From: Bacillota bacterium
GTDB taxonomy: Bacteria; Bacillota; Sulfobacillia; JABLXB01
Reading direction: 5' to 3'
DNA: 40,077 bases
Assembly: GCA_024653225.1 (NCBI GenBank)
Contig: JANLGA010000001.1
Coordinates: 18,590 to 58,666 of the forward strand
Shown in pieces: positions 19,295 to 26,787 of the stretch. The notes beneath the pieces are model-generated. The model worked only from the letters and a program-made list of their open reading frames with translations, was not told the DNA's origin and searched no databases. The translations under genes and the position numbers were made by a program. How positions within the stretch are numbered: the stretch's first letter is position 1; the number at the start of each line of letters is the position of its first letter.

Positions 19295-20395
19295 TTGCCC
19301 GAGAAGGTGACGATAAGCGTGATCAAGGCCGACGTGGGGGGTTGGGTGGGGCATTCCAGCGTGCACCCGGCCTTGATCGAGAAAGCGCGCGAGAACCTCC
19401 GGGAGAGGGGTTCGGGGCTCCTCATTGACTCCTACGTGGCCACCGTGGGGGACGACATCAACCTGATCATGACTCACAGGACCGGCGTGGACTCACCGGC
19501 CGTTCACGAGCTCGCGTGGGACACGTTCGTCGCGTGTACGGCGGTCGCTAAGGAGCTGAAGCTGTACGGCGCGGGTCAGGACCTGCTTTCCGATGCTTTC
19601 TCGGGCAACGTCAGGGGAATGGGACCCGGCGTGGCCGAGATGGAATTCGTCGAGAGGCAGGGCGAACCCGTCGTCGTATTCATGGCGGACAAGACGGAGC
19701 CGGGGGCGTGGAACCTGCCGCTGTACAGGATGTTCGCGGATCCTTTCACGACCATAGGACTGATAATAGACCCGAAGATGCACACCGGGTTCAGGTTCGA
19801 GGTGGTGGACCTCATCCGTCACAAGAAGGTGATGTTCAGCTGCCCCGAGGAACTGTACGACCTGCTCGTGTTCATCGGGGCGCCCGGAAGGTATTGCGTC
19901 AAGTCGGTCTACTCGAAGGCGCTCGGCGAGATATGCGCGACCTCCACCACGGAGAGGCTCAACCTGACGGCCGGCAGGTACGTCGGCAAGGACGACCCGG
20001 CGCTGATAGTGAGGTGCCAGAGCGGGATGCCCGCGGTGGGCGAGGCGCTCGAGGCGTTCGCGAATCCCCACCTCGTGGCGGGTTGGATGCGGGGCTCGAA
20101 CCACGGCCCGTTGATGCCGGTGTCCGCGAAAGACGCCACCCCGACCAGGTTCGACGGTCCCCCCAGGGTGGTCGCACTGGGCTTCACGCTGTGCAACGGC
20201 CGGTTGCTCGGCCCGCAGGACTTGTTCGCGGACAAGAGCTTCGACAAGGCGAGGCAGATAGCCAACGACGTGGCGCACTACATCCGGGGACTCGGGCCGT
20301 TCGAGCCGGGCAGGCTGCCCCTCGATGAAATGGAGTATACTACGCTCCCGGACGTGATGAAGAGGCTTTCGGATAGATTCGAGGACGTGGACTGA
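19295..20395 (+). CDS. fbp: Bifunctional fructose-1,6-bisphosphate aldolase/phosphatase (class V FBPase, archaeal type)
   Basis: TISVIKADVGGWVGHSSVHP, DDINLIMTHRTG, YGAGQDLLSDAFSGNVRGMGPGVAEMEF, FMADKTEPGAWNLPLYRMFADPF, GWMRGSNHGPLMPV, RFDGPPRVVALGF and EMEYTTLP are colinear with the FBP aldolase/phosphatase family. TTG start with a GGGAGG SD 8 nt upstream. Confidence 0.93.
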   Translation: MPEKVTISVIKADVGGWVGHSSVHPALIEKARENLRERGSGLLIDSYVATVGDDINLIMTHRTGVDSPAVHELAWDTFVACTAVAKELKLYGAGQDLLSDAFSGNVRGMGPGVAEMEFVERQGEPVVVFMADKTEPGAWNLPLYRMFADPFTTIGLIIDPKMHTGFRFEVVDLIRHKKVMFSCPEELYDLLVFIGAPGRYCVKSVYSKALGEICATSTTERLNLTAGRYVGKDDPALIVRCQSGMPAVGEALEAFANPHLVAGWMRGSNHGPLMPVSAKDATPTRFDGPPRVVALGFTLCNGRLLGPQDLFADKSFDKARQIANDVAHYIRGLGPFEPGRLPLDEMEYTTLPDVMKRLSDRFEDVD

Positions 20396-20422
20396 CGGGC
20401 CGGAGGGCCCGGTGGATGAGGC

Positions 20423-21370
20423 ATGGAATATCGCACGCTCGGGCGGACCGGGCTGAGGGTATCGAGACTGGTGTTGGGGACCCTCTCGATGGGTCCCCTT
20501 CAGGCCGACCTGGGGGTTGACGAGGGCGCGGCCCTCATCAGGGCCGCCGTCGAGCTCGGGGTGAACCTGCTAGACACGGCCGAGGTGTACGGTAACTACC
20601 CGCACATCAGGAAGGGATTGCGCGGCCTGGGCGACGAGATGATGGTCGCCGGGAAGTCCTACGCGTGCACCTGGGATGGGATGAAGCGAAGCGTCGAGGC
20701 CGCCAGGCGGGGCATAGACCGCGATGTGATAGACATCTTTCTCCTGCACGAGCAGGTTTCCGCACTCACCCTGGAGGGTCACAGGCCGGCGCTGGAATAC
20801 CTGCTCGAGGCGAAGGTGCGCGGCATCGTGCGCGCGGTCGGGGTCTCGACGCATTTCGTCGAGGTGGTCAATGCGGCCGCCGGAATGCCGGACGTGGAAG
20901 TGATCCATCCACTGCTGAACCGCTCCGGGATCGGCGTCAGGGGCGGCACCCTCGATCAAATGGTCGAGGCGGTGACCCTGGCCCACGCATCGGGGAAGGG
21001 CGTCTATGCCATGAAGGCCCTGGGCGGCGGGACGTTGTTGGAGGACGTGGAGTCGAGCCTCGCCTGGGTGAGGGACCTACCGTGTGTCGACGCGGTCGCC
21101 GTGGGGGCGGCAGACCCCCGCGAGCTGGAGATGGACGCGCTCGTGATGGCGGGCGGGCCGGTGCCGGAGAGTCTCAGAGACGCCGTGAGGAGGCGCCCCA
21201 AGGTGCTCGTCATCGAGGAATCGTGCACGGGGTGCGGCGAGTGCGTGAAGGCATGCCAATTCGGAGCGTTGGCGGTGGTGGAGGGACGGGCTCGGGTGTC
21301 GCCGTCATCGTGCACGCTGTGCGGGTATTGCGCGGCGAGGTGCGAGGGCTTCTTCATCAGGGTGGTGTGA
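20423..21370 (+). CDS. Aldo/keto reductase fused to a C-terminal 2x[4Fe-4S] ferredoxin-like domain
   Basis: The N-terminus MEYRTLGRTGLRVSRLVLGTLSMG...LLDTAEVYGNY is AKR-like. The C-terminus CTGCGECVKACQFGALAV...CTLCGYCAARC carries two CxxCxxCxxxC-type cluster motifs. Confidence 0.85.
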   Translation: MEYRTLGRTGLRVSRLVLGTLSMGPLQADLGVDEGAALIRAAVELGVNLLDTAEVYGNYPHIRKGLRGLGDEMMVAGKSYACTWDGMKRSVEAARRGIDRDVIDIFLLHEQVSALTLEGHRPALEYLLEAKVRGIVRAVGVSTHFVEVVNAAAGMPDVEVIHPLLNRSGIGVRGGTLDQMVEAVTLAHASGKGVYAMKALGGGTLLEDVESSLAWVRDLPCVDAVAVGAADPRELEMDALVMAGGPVPESLRDAVRRRPKVLVIEESCTGCGECVKACQFGALAVVEGRARVSPSSCTLCGYCAARCEGFFIRVV

Positions 21371-21384
21371 GGGCGGTGTGAGGG
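21364..21384 (+). repeat. 10-nt direct repeat (GGTGTGAGGG, twice, 1-nt spacer) spanning the AKR stop codon
   Basis: GGTGTGAGGG at 21364-21373 and 21375-21384. The first copy contains the TGA stop at 21368-21370. Confidence 0.9.
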
Positions 21385-21428
21385 ACCCGACGGGGTTGGG
21401 GCGCGAGCGGTCGCAAGCGAAACGCGTG

Positions 21429-21848
21429 ATGGCGCTCGACATCGGCGACAGGAGAACGGGGGTGGCCGTGAGCGACGAGCTCGGCATCACCGCCCAGGGA
21501 CTCTGCGTCATAGAGGCGCGAGAGACGGATTCGCTCGTCGGGCGGGTAATGGAGCTCGCCGCCCGTCACAACGTGGGTCTGATCGTGCTCGGCCTACCGC
21601 TGAACATGAATGGGACGGCCGGCGAACGAGCCGAGAAAGTCAAGATGGTGGCCTCGCGGCTTAGGGAGAGAGCGGACGTCGAAGTTGGCTTCTGGGACGA
21701 GCGGCTCACGACCGTGCAGGCGAACAGGGCGCTGCTGGAGGCCGACCTCGGGAGGAAGCGGAGGAAGCGCGCCGTGGACGTGGCCGCGGCTGTGCTTGTG
21801 CTCCAGGCCTTCCTGGACAGGCGTCGCGGCGAACGTCCGCGGGATTAA
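21429..21848 (+). CDS. ruvX: YqgF/RuvX family putative pre-16S rRNA nuclease (Holliday-junction-resolvase-like)
   Basis: MALDIGDRRTGVAVSDELGITAQGL...LGLPLNMNGTAGERAEKV...DERLTTVQAN...VDVAAAVLVLQAFLD is the YqgF pattern. The start is uncertain. The GTG at 21426 or the GTG at 21378 are alternatives. Confidence 0.88.
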   Translation: MALDIGDRRTGVAVSDELGITAQGLCVIEARETDSLVGRVMELAARHNVGLIVLGLPLNMNGTAGERAEKVKMVASRLRERADVEVGFWDERLTTVQANRALLEADLGRKRRKRAVDVAAAVLVLQAFLDRRRGERPRD

Positions 21849-21857
21849 ATCGTGGCC

Positions 21858-21899
21858 GGCGGGAACATTATGGCGGGAACATTGTGGCGTGAACACCGG
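21858..21899 (+). repeat. Three imperfect tandem copies of a 14-nt unit in the ruvX / DUF1292 intergenic region
   Basis: GGCGGGAACATTAT (21858-21871), GGCGGGAACATTGT (21872-21885) and GGCGTGAACACCGG (21886-21899). Confidence 0.85.
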
Positions 21900-21970
21900 C
21901 GGCCTTTCCGACGCAGGGGCGAACCCCCGGCCCCGGTCGCACATCCGGTCGAAAGACGAGGTGATTCGCC

Positions 21971-22249
21971 TTGACAGGGGCGAAGGATGACGATGTAGTC
22001 GTCCTGACGGACGAGGACGGAGAAGAGCACGAATTCACCGTGGTGGACGTCATCGAGGTGGACGGCAACGACTATGCCGTGCTCCTCCCGATGGGCCAGG
22101 AACACGGCGAGGGCGAGGAGGAGGAAGCGGTGATCCTCCGAGTGGAGTCGGACGACGAGGGCGAGGACATCCTGGTCGAGATCGAGGACGACGACGAGTG
22201 GGAGCGGGTGGCGGAGGCGTGGGAAGAGATCGCGGAAGATGAACAATGA
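21971..22249 (+). CDS. DUF1292 (YrzB-like) acidic small protein
   Basis: VVLTDEDGEEHEFTVVDVIEVDGNDYAVLLP...EAVILRVESDDEGEDILVEIEDDDEWERV is the typical DUF1292 pattern. The gene sits after ruvX, as in Bacillus. TTG start. Confidence 0.8.
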   Translation: MTGAKDDDVVVLTDEDGEEHEFTVVDVIEVDGNDYAVLLPMGQEHGEGEEEEAVILRVESDDEGEDILVEIEDDDEWERVAEAWEEIAEDEQ

Positions 22250-22272
22250 CCGGCCCACCCGCATTGGATGGT

Positions 22273-22300
22273 CGGCCCCGCGGTCGGGTCCGCGGGGCCG
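22273..22300. terminator. Perfect 11-bp GC stem-loop between the convergent DUF1292 gene and mltG
   Basis: CGGCCCCGCGG-TCGGGT-CCGCGGGGCCG. No strong U-tract on either side. Confidence 0.5.
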
Positions 22301-22348
22301 AGTTGTCTCGTGGCGACCCTCGTGCGGCCCGGCTGCCTCCGCGGCCGC

Positions 22349-23383
22349 CTACTTGAACCCGTACGGCTTGTATTTCTTCATCGCGTTGATGTGGTCCCTG
22401 AGCGTCAAGCTGAAGCAGTGGGTCCCGTCGTTCTTTGCCACGAAGTACAGGTATTTCGTCTCCGCCGGGTAAAGGGCAGCTCGAATGGAGGCCAGGCCGG
22501 GGGCTGCAATCGGTCCCGGAGGGAGGCCGGGTTGCCCGTAAGTGTTGTACGGGGAGGCCACCTTCGTATCTTCTATCGTGACCGGGCCGGTGAATTTGCC
22601 CAGCGCGTACCTTACGGTGGGGTCCGCGTCCAGTTTCATGCCCATCCTGAGCCTGTTGTGGAACACCCCCGATATCAGCGGCCGCTCGTCGTCGGCCATC
22701 GCTTCTTTCTCTATGATCGAGGCGAGCGTGACGACCTGGTGAACCGACATCCCCGTCTCCCAAGCACGGGCTCGCAACTGCTCCGTGAACACCTCGCGAA
22801 ACCGCCTCACCATTATCTCCGCCATCTCCCTTTCGGTCGTGCCGCGCCGTATCCTGTAAGTGTCGGGGAAAAGGTAGCCCTCCAGCGGCTCCTTGAGCTC
22901 GCAGTTGGTGGGCAAGAACTCGGCGACGAGGGTTCGGTCGCGCGCCGCCGCAAGGAACGCCGCCTTGTCAACGACTCCCTGCGACGCGAGGACCTCCGCC
23001 GTCTGCTCGACGGTCAGCCCCTCTCTCACGGTGAACGGGTGTGTCACTATCGGGCCCGACACGAGGCGCTCCAGGATTTCGGCGGGCGACATCGCGGCGC
23101 TGAACTCGTATTCGCCCGCCCTTATCTCGTCATCCAGGCCCTTGTACTCGGCGAGGAGGCGGAAGAGCAGGGCGTTCTTGATGAGGCCCTCGGCCTCGAG
23201 GATGCCGGCGACCTTTGCCGCCGTGGCCCCCTGCGGCACCTCCAGCACCTTGGGGGCGGCCGTCCCCGGCGAAACCGGCTTCAGCAACAGGGTCACTTCG
23301 GCCGCCGCAAGCGTCGCGACGCCGATCAGCAGGGCCCCCAGGGCTATCAGAAGGACGGGCCTGTACTCGGGGCGAAGTGCCAT
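22349..23383 (-). CDS. mltG: Endolytic murein transglycosylase MltG (YceG family)
   Basis: An N-terminal TM segment (VLLIALGALLIGVATLAAA), a LysM-like region, and YceG core motifs EGYLFPDTY, ASIIEKEA, SGVFHNRL, ASPYNTYGQPGLPPGPIAAPG and YLYFVA. The start is the ATG at 23383 with GGAGG 5 nt upstream. The ORF-track start at 23497 adds 38 unlikely residues. Confidence 0.9.
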   Translation of the reverse strand: MALRPEYRPVLLIALGALLIGVATLAAAEVTLLLKPVSPGTAAPKVLEVPQGATAAKVAGILEAEGLIKNALLFRLLAEYKGLDDEIRAGEYEFSAAMSPAEILERLVSGPIVTHPFTVREGLTVEQTAEVLASQGVVDKAAFLAAARDRTLVAEFLPTNCELKEPLEGYLFPDTYRIRRGTTEREMAEIMVRRFREVFTEQLRARAWETGMSVHQVVTLASIIEKEAMADDERPLISGVFHNRLRMGMKLDADPTVRYALGKFTGPVTIEDTKVASPYNTYGQPGLPPGPIAAPGLASIRAALYPAETKYLYFVAKNDGTHCFSLTLRDHINAMKKYKPYGFK

Positions 23384-23536
23384 GCATGCCTCCGTTTTCT
23401 GTATGCCGCCGACCGCCCGGGTTCGAAGGCGGAGTCGGAACGGTAGAGCTGTGATTCTATTCCGTCCGCCGGGTTTCCTTGTGGTGGTCGGCATCACATA
23501 TTGTGACCCGGTTGGGACGACGGGAGGGGTCTGGTA

Positions 23537-24466
23537 TTGACGGTCCTAGTGACCGGCGGCGCCGGGTTTATAGGATCCCACGTGGTGGCGGGGCTCCTGC
23601 GAGCCGGGACGACAGTGGTCGTCTTGGACGACCTGTCCACCGGGGACAGGTCGAATGTCCCGCCCGACGTTCCCCTGCACGTCGTGGACGTGGCGGGGGA
23701 CATCTCCGACCTCGTGTCCGGCTGCGCTCCACAGTGCATAGTGCACCTCGCGGCCCAGGCTTCGGCGGCCGCCTCAATGGATGACCCGGCGGCCGATTGC
23801 GCCTCGAACATCCTGGGCACGGTGAACGTCCTGGAAGCCGCGGTGCGGGCGGGCTGCAAGCGGTTCGTGCTCGCGTCTTCGGCCGCGGTCTACGGGATGC
23901 CGTCCTCCCTGCCGGTGAAGGAAGACCACCCGCTGTGCCCGCAGTCTTTCTACGGCTTGTCGAAGCACTCCGCCGAGCGCTACGCGATGATGTTCGAACG
24001 GGCCAGGGGCATCCAGACGGTAATACTCAGGTACGCCAATGTGTACGGGCCGGGGCAGGGGATCCACGGAGAAGGCGGCGTGGTGGCCACGTTCACATCA
24101 GCCGTGCTGGGGGGAAGGCGCCCCGAAATCCACGGCGACGGTACCCAGACGAGAGACTTCATCTTCGTCGAGGATGCCGCCGAGGCCACGGTGCGGGCGG
24201 CGCTCGGGTCGTCGAGCGGCGTGATGAACATATCCACCGGTTCGGAGACCAGCATCGCCTCCGTCTTGGAGCGGGTCTTGAAGACCTGCGGGAGTTCCCT
24301 GGAACCCGCCTTCGGGCCGAGGCGGCCGGGCGACCTGGACAGGAGCGCGCTCGACCCGTCGCGGGCCAGGTCGGTGTTGGCGTGGGAGCCCCGCTTCTCC
24401 TTGGAGCTGGGACTGACGAGGACGGTCGAATGGTGGAGCCGCGTCAGCCGCGGAACCCCCTCCTGA
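23537..24466 (+). CDS. NAD-dependent epimerase/dehydratase (UDP-glucose 4-epimerase-like SDR)
   Basis: MTVLVTGGAGFIGSHVV carries GxxGxxG, and the catalytic YGLSKHSAE carries YxxxK. The length is ~309 aa. TTG start with a GGGAGGGG SD upstream. Confidence 0.88.
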   Translation: MTVLVTGGAGFIGSHVVAGLLRAGTTVVVLDDLSTGDRSNVPPDVPLHVVDVAGDISDLVSGCAPQCIVHLAAQASAAASMDDPAADCASNILGTVNVLEAAVRAGCKRFVLASSAAVYGMPSSLPVKEDHPLCPQSFYGLSKHSAERYAMMFERARGIQTVILRYANVYGPGQGIHGEGGVVATFTSAVLGGRRPEIHGDGTQTRDFIFVEDAAEATVRAALGSSSGVMNISTGSETSIASVLERVLKTCGSSLEPAFGPRRPGDLDRSALDPSRARSVLAWEPRFSLELGLTRTVEWWSRVSRGTPS

Positions 24467-25664
24467 CGTCGCGGCGCGCCTTCTCGCGGGCGGCGAGGGC
24501 GGTGTCGAGCTCGGCCGTGCCGCGGAGCGGCGAGACCCGTCCCCTTCGCACCGAGTCCAGGGCCACGACCGCGTTCCACCCGTGCTCCTCCGTCCAGCGC
24601 CCGAGGTTGGGGCGAAAGGCCGGGACGAGGGAGGGCGGCAGACCGGGACGCGAGCCTGCCCTGGAGATCGCTTTCGCGAGCTCGACTGCGAGCGCGGCTC
24701 GGACGGCCCCCGGGTCGCGCGGCCGCCTGAAGACCACGGCGCCGTTGACCCTGAGCGGTCCTGGGGACACCCCCGTGGAGGGCACCGGGACAAGGCGGGG
24801 CTCAAACCCGGTTTCCGGCGAGGCCGTGCGGAGGATTTCGGCCGACAAGATCGGGCTGCAGCCGGCGAGGAATCCGACATTGCCCCGGCGGAAGGCCCCG
24901 ATGGAATCCCTGTCCGGCACCCCGATGTACACCGTCCGCGCCAGGTCCCGACGGCATACCAGGCGGGCGAGCTCGGCCGGGGGGGCCGAAAGCAGGGCGG
25001 ACGACTCCAGCGCCCCGCCGGCGGCGGCGGGCTCAAACCCGAGGTCGCAGTCGAAATCCGGCGAGGAGGGGTCCACGAGCGCGGGGACGTAGCCCGCCCC
25101 CTTGAGCATCGTGCACGCCTCTTCGAATTCGGCCCACGTCCACACCACGGTCTGACCGATGTCGAACCCGGAGCGGATGGCCGCGGCGGAATTGCAGACC
25201 CACGCTCGCCCCTCGATCCAGGTCGGGATGGCCAGCAGCCGACGGTCTGCGGAGCACCCCGCCAATGCCTCCGGCAGGTACGACTGGAGTTCCAGGGCCG
25301 AGACATAGGGTCCCAGATCGACCTGGAGATCCCCGCTGTACCAGGCCAACCCCCCCGGAGGGGGCAGAAAGACGTCGGGGGGATCGCCGGATTCCACGGC
25401 TCTCCCCACGGCTCGACCGCACTCCCGGTAGCCCATCGGGGTGATTTCCACCTTCGTGCCCGGGTGGGCTGCCTCGAACCTCGAGGCAACCCCGGCCAGA
25501 TCGGTCTCCGGGCCCGAGATCGGGGCGGGCCACCGGTACGCCCAGACTCGAAGCGCGCCGACCCACGAAACAGCCCCGGGGGGCTCTTCAAGGGGGCGGA
25601 AGGGAATGCAGCCCGCCACGATGGCGGATGCGAGCACAGCGAACGCGACCCGTCGGATAATCAT
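24444..25664 (-). CDS. Lipoprotein, ABC-transporter family-1 extracellular solute-binding protein (orphan, with no permease or ATPase nearby)
   Basis: The signal peptide and lipobox are MIIRRVAFAVLASAIVAG|C. LRVWAYRW...FEAAHPGTKVEITPMG...ESGDPPDVFLPP resembles sugar-type SBPs. This is the only frame in this stretch with non-Arg/Pro-biased composition. The ATG at 25664 was chosen over the ORF-track start at 25700. The 3' end overlaps the epimerase 3' end by 23 nt (convergent). Confidence 0.7.
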   Translation of the reverse strand: MIIRRVAFAVLASAIVAGCIPFRPLEEPPGAVSWVGALRVWAYRWPAPISGPETDLAGVASRFEAAHPGTKVEITPMGYRECGRAVGRAVESGDPPDVFLPPPGGLAWYSGDLQVDLGPYVSALELQSYLPEALAGCSADRRLLAIPTWIEGRAWVCNSAAAIRSGFDIGQTVVWTWAEFEEACTMLKGAGYVPALVDPSSPDFDCDLGFEPAAAGGALESSALLSAPPAELARLVCRRDLARTVYIGVPDRDSIGAFRRGNVGFLAGCSPILSAEILRTASPETGFEPRLVPVPSTGVSPGPLRVNGAVVFRRPRDPGAVRAALAVELAKAISRAGSRPGLPPSLVPAFRPNLGRWTEEHGWNAVVALDSVRRGRVSPLRGTAELDTALAAREKARRDVRRGFRG

Positions 25665-25731
25665 TCTGGCGTGCCCCCGTTTGCCGCCCGTTGCGGGCAT
25701 CCGGTAGAAAGGTTATGAAACGCGGAAGGGG

Positions 25732-26538
25732 CTAAGAACCGGGGGTCGCCGCCGGTCCCCACGGGGCGAGCGCGCACGGCCCCGTACAGCACTTGCCGCA
25801 TATGTCGAGCGGCTCGGGCACCGAACAGTGCCGGACGAGATACTCGCCTACGACCTTCAGGTGGTCGCGGCAGGCGTCCCTTCTGAGGCCGTCCGTCGTC
25901 AGCGCCCCCACGGGGCATCGCTCGACACACGCCGAGCAGGACGCACCGGCGAAATACCCGCAAAACGACGGCCGGCTTCGTCCGGCGGCCCCCCGCGCGA
26001 GGTCCGCCGCGACCACGATGCTGGAAACCCTTCCGGCGCACCCGCGCTCTGTGATGAGCATCTGGTGCAGCCCGATTTCGCCCATCCCCGCGATCACGGC
26101 GGCGCTCTTGTGCGACCACCGGGCGCGCAGGGAGACGGGGTCGTAGTTGTGGGTGGGCTGCTGCCAGGAAGCCGCCACCCCTTCACGGGCGAAAGCCCTT
26201 TCCAGCTCCGCGCACATCAACGTGAGCAAGGCATTTGTCTCCACGTACGCCGTTCCCCATTCGGCGGCGCAGACGGTCGCGACCGCGTTCGCCCTGACGA
26301 GGTCCGCCTCGAACGGGAGGAAGAAGCATGCGACGGACTGCGCGCCCGGGAGGACCTCGGAGGGCAAGAGGTGCCCCGGGACATGCGTGTCTCGGAGGAA
26401 TTGCCAGCGGGGGTCGTCGGCTCGCGCGTAGCCGAACAATGGCTCGCGGTAACGCGTCTTCCCCCCGTGTTCCGCCGCCATGCGCCTTACGGTGCTTTCC
26501 AGCACGGCCCTGAGACGCGAGGCCTCGCTGTCCTCCAC
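25732..26538 (-). CDS. QueG-like / reductive-dehalogenase-superfamily Fe-S protein (epoxyqueuosine reductase homologue)
   Basis: SHKSAAVIAGMGEIGLHQMLITERGCAGRVSSIVVAADL followed by CSACVERCPVGAL and CGKCCTGPC cluster motifs. The GTG at 26538 is preceded by GAGGGGG 8 nt upstream. The ORF-track start at 26694 is less likely. Confidence 0.55.
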   Translation of the reverse strand: MEDSEASRLRAVLESTVRRMAAEHGGKTRYREPLFGYARADDPRWQFLRDTHVPGHLLPSEVLPGAQSVACFFLPFEADLVRANAVATVCAAEWGTAYVETNALLTLMCAELERAFAREGVAASWQQPTHNYDPVSLRARWSHKSAAVIAGMGEIGLHQMLITERGCAGRVSSIVVAADLARGAAGRSRPSFCGYFAGASCSACVERCPVGALTTDGLRRDACRDHLKVVGEYLVRHCSVPEPLDICGKCCTGPCALAPWGPAATPGS

Positions 26539-26787
26539 TTGACGTACCCCCTCATGGGTGTCCGCCGTCCGGCCCGGCAGGCCGACCGGCGCGGTCCCGC
26601 TGCCGCATTTCTGCGCGGCCTGCGGACGCACCTGCACCGGTGAATGGAACCGGCCCGCGCCGTCCCTCGTCAAACAGGCGGGACCGCGCTTCAATAATCT
26701 GGAAGGGCTCTCCCGGGAACCCCCACATCCCGGGGCCCGGCGCCGAAATAGTGTGGGGAAAAGGGTGCGAGTAGGAGGTATTGGTCC

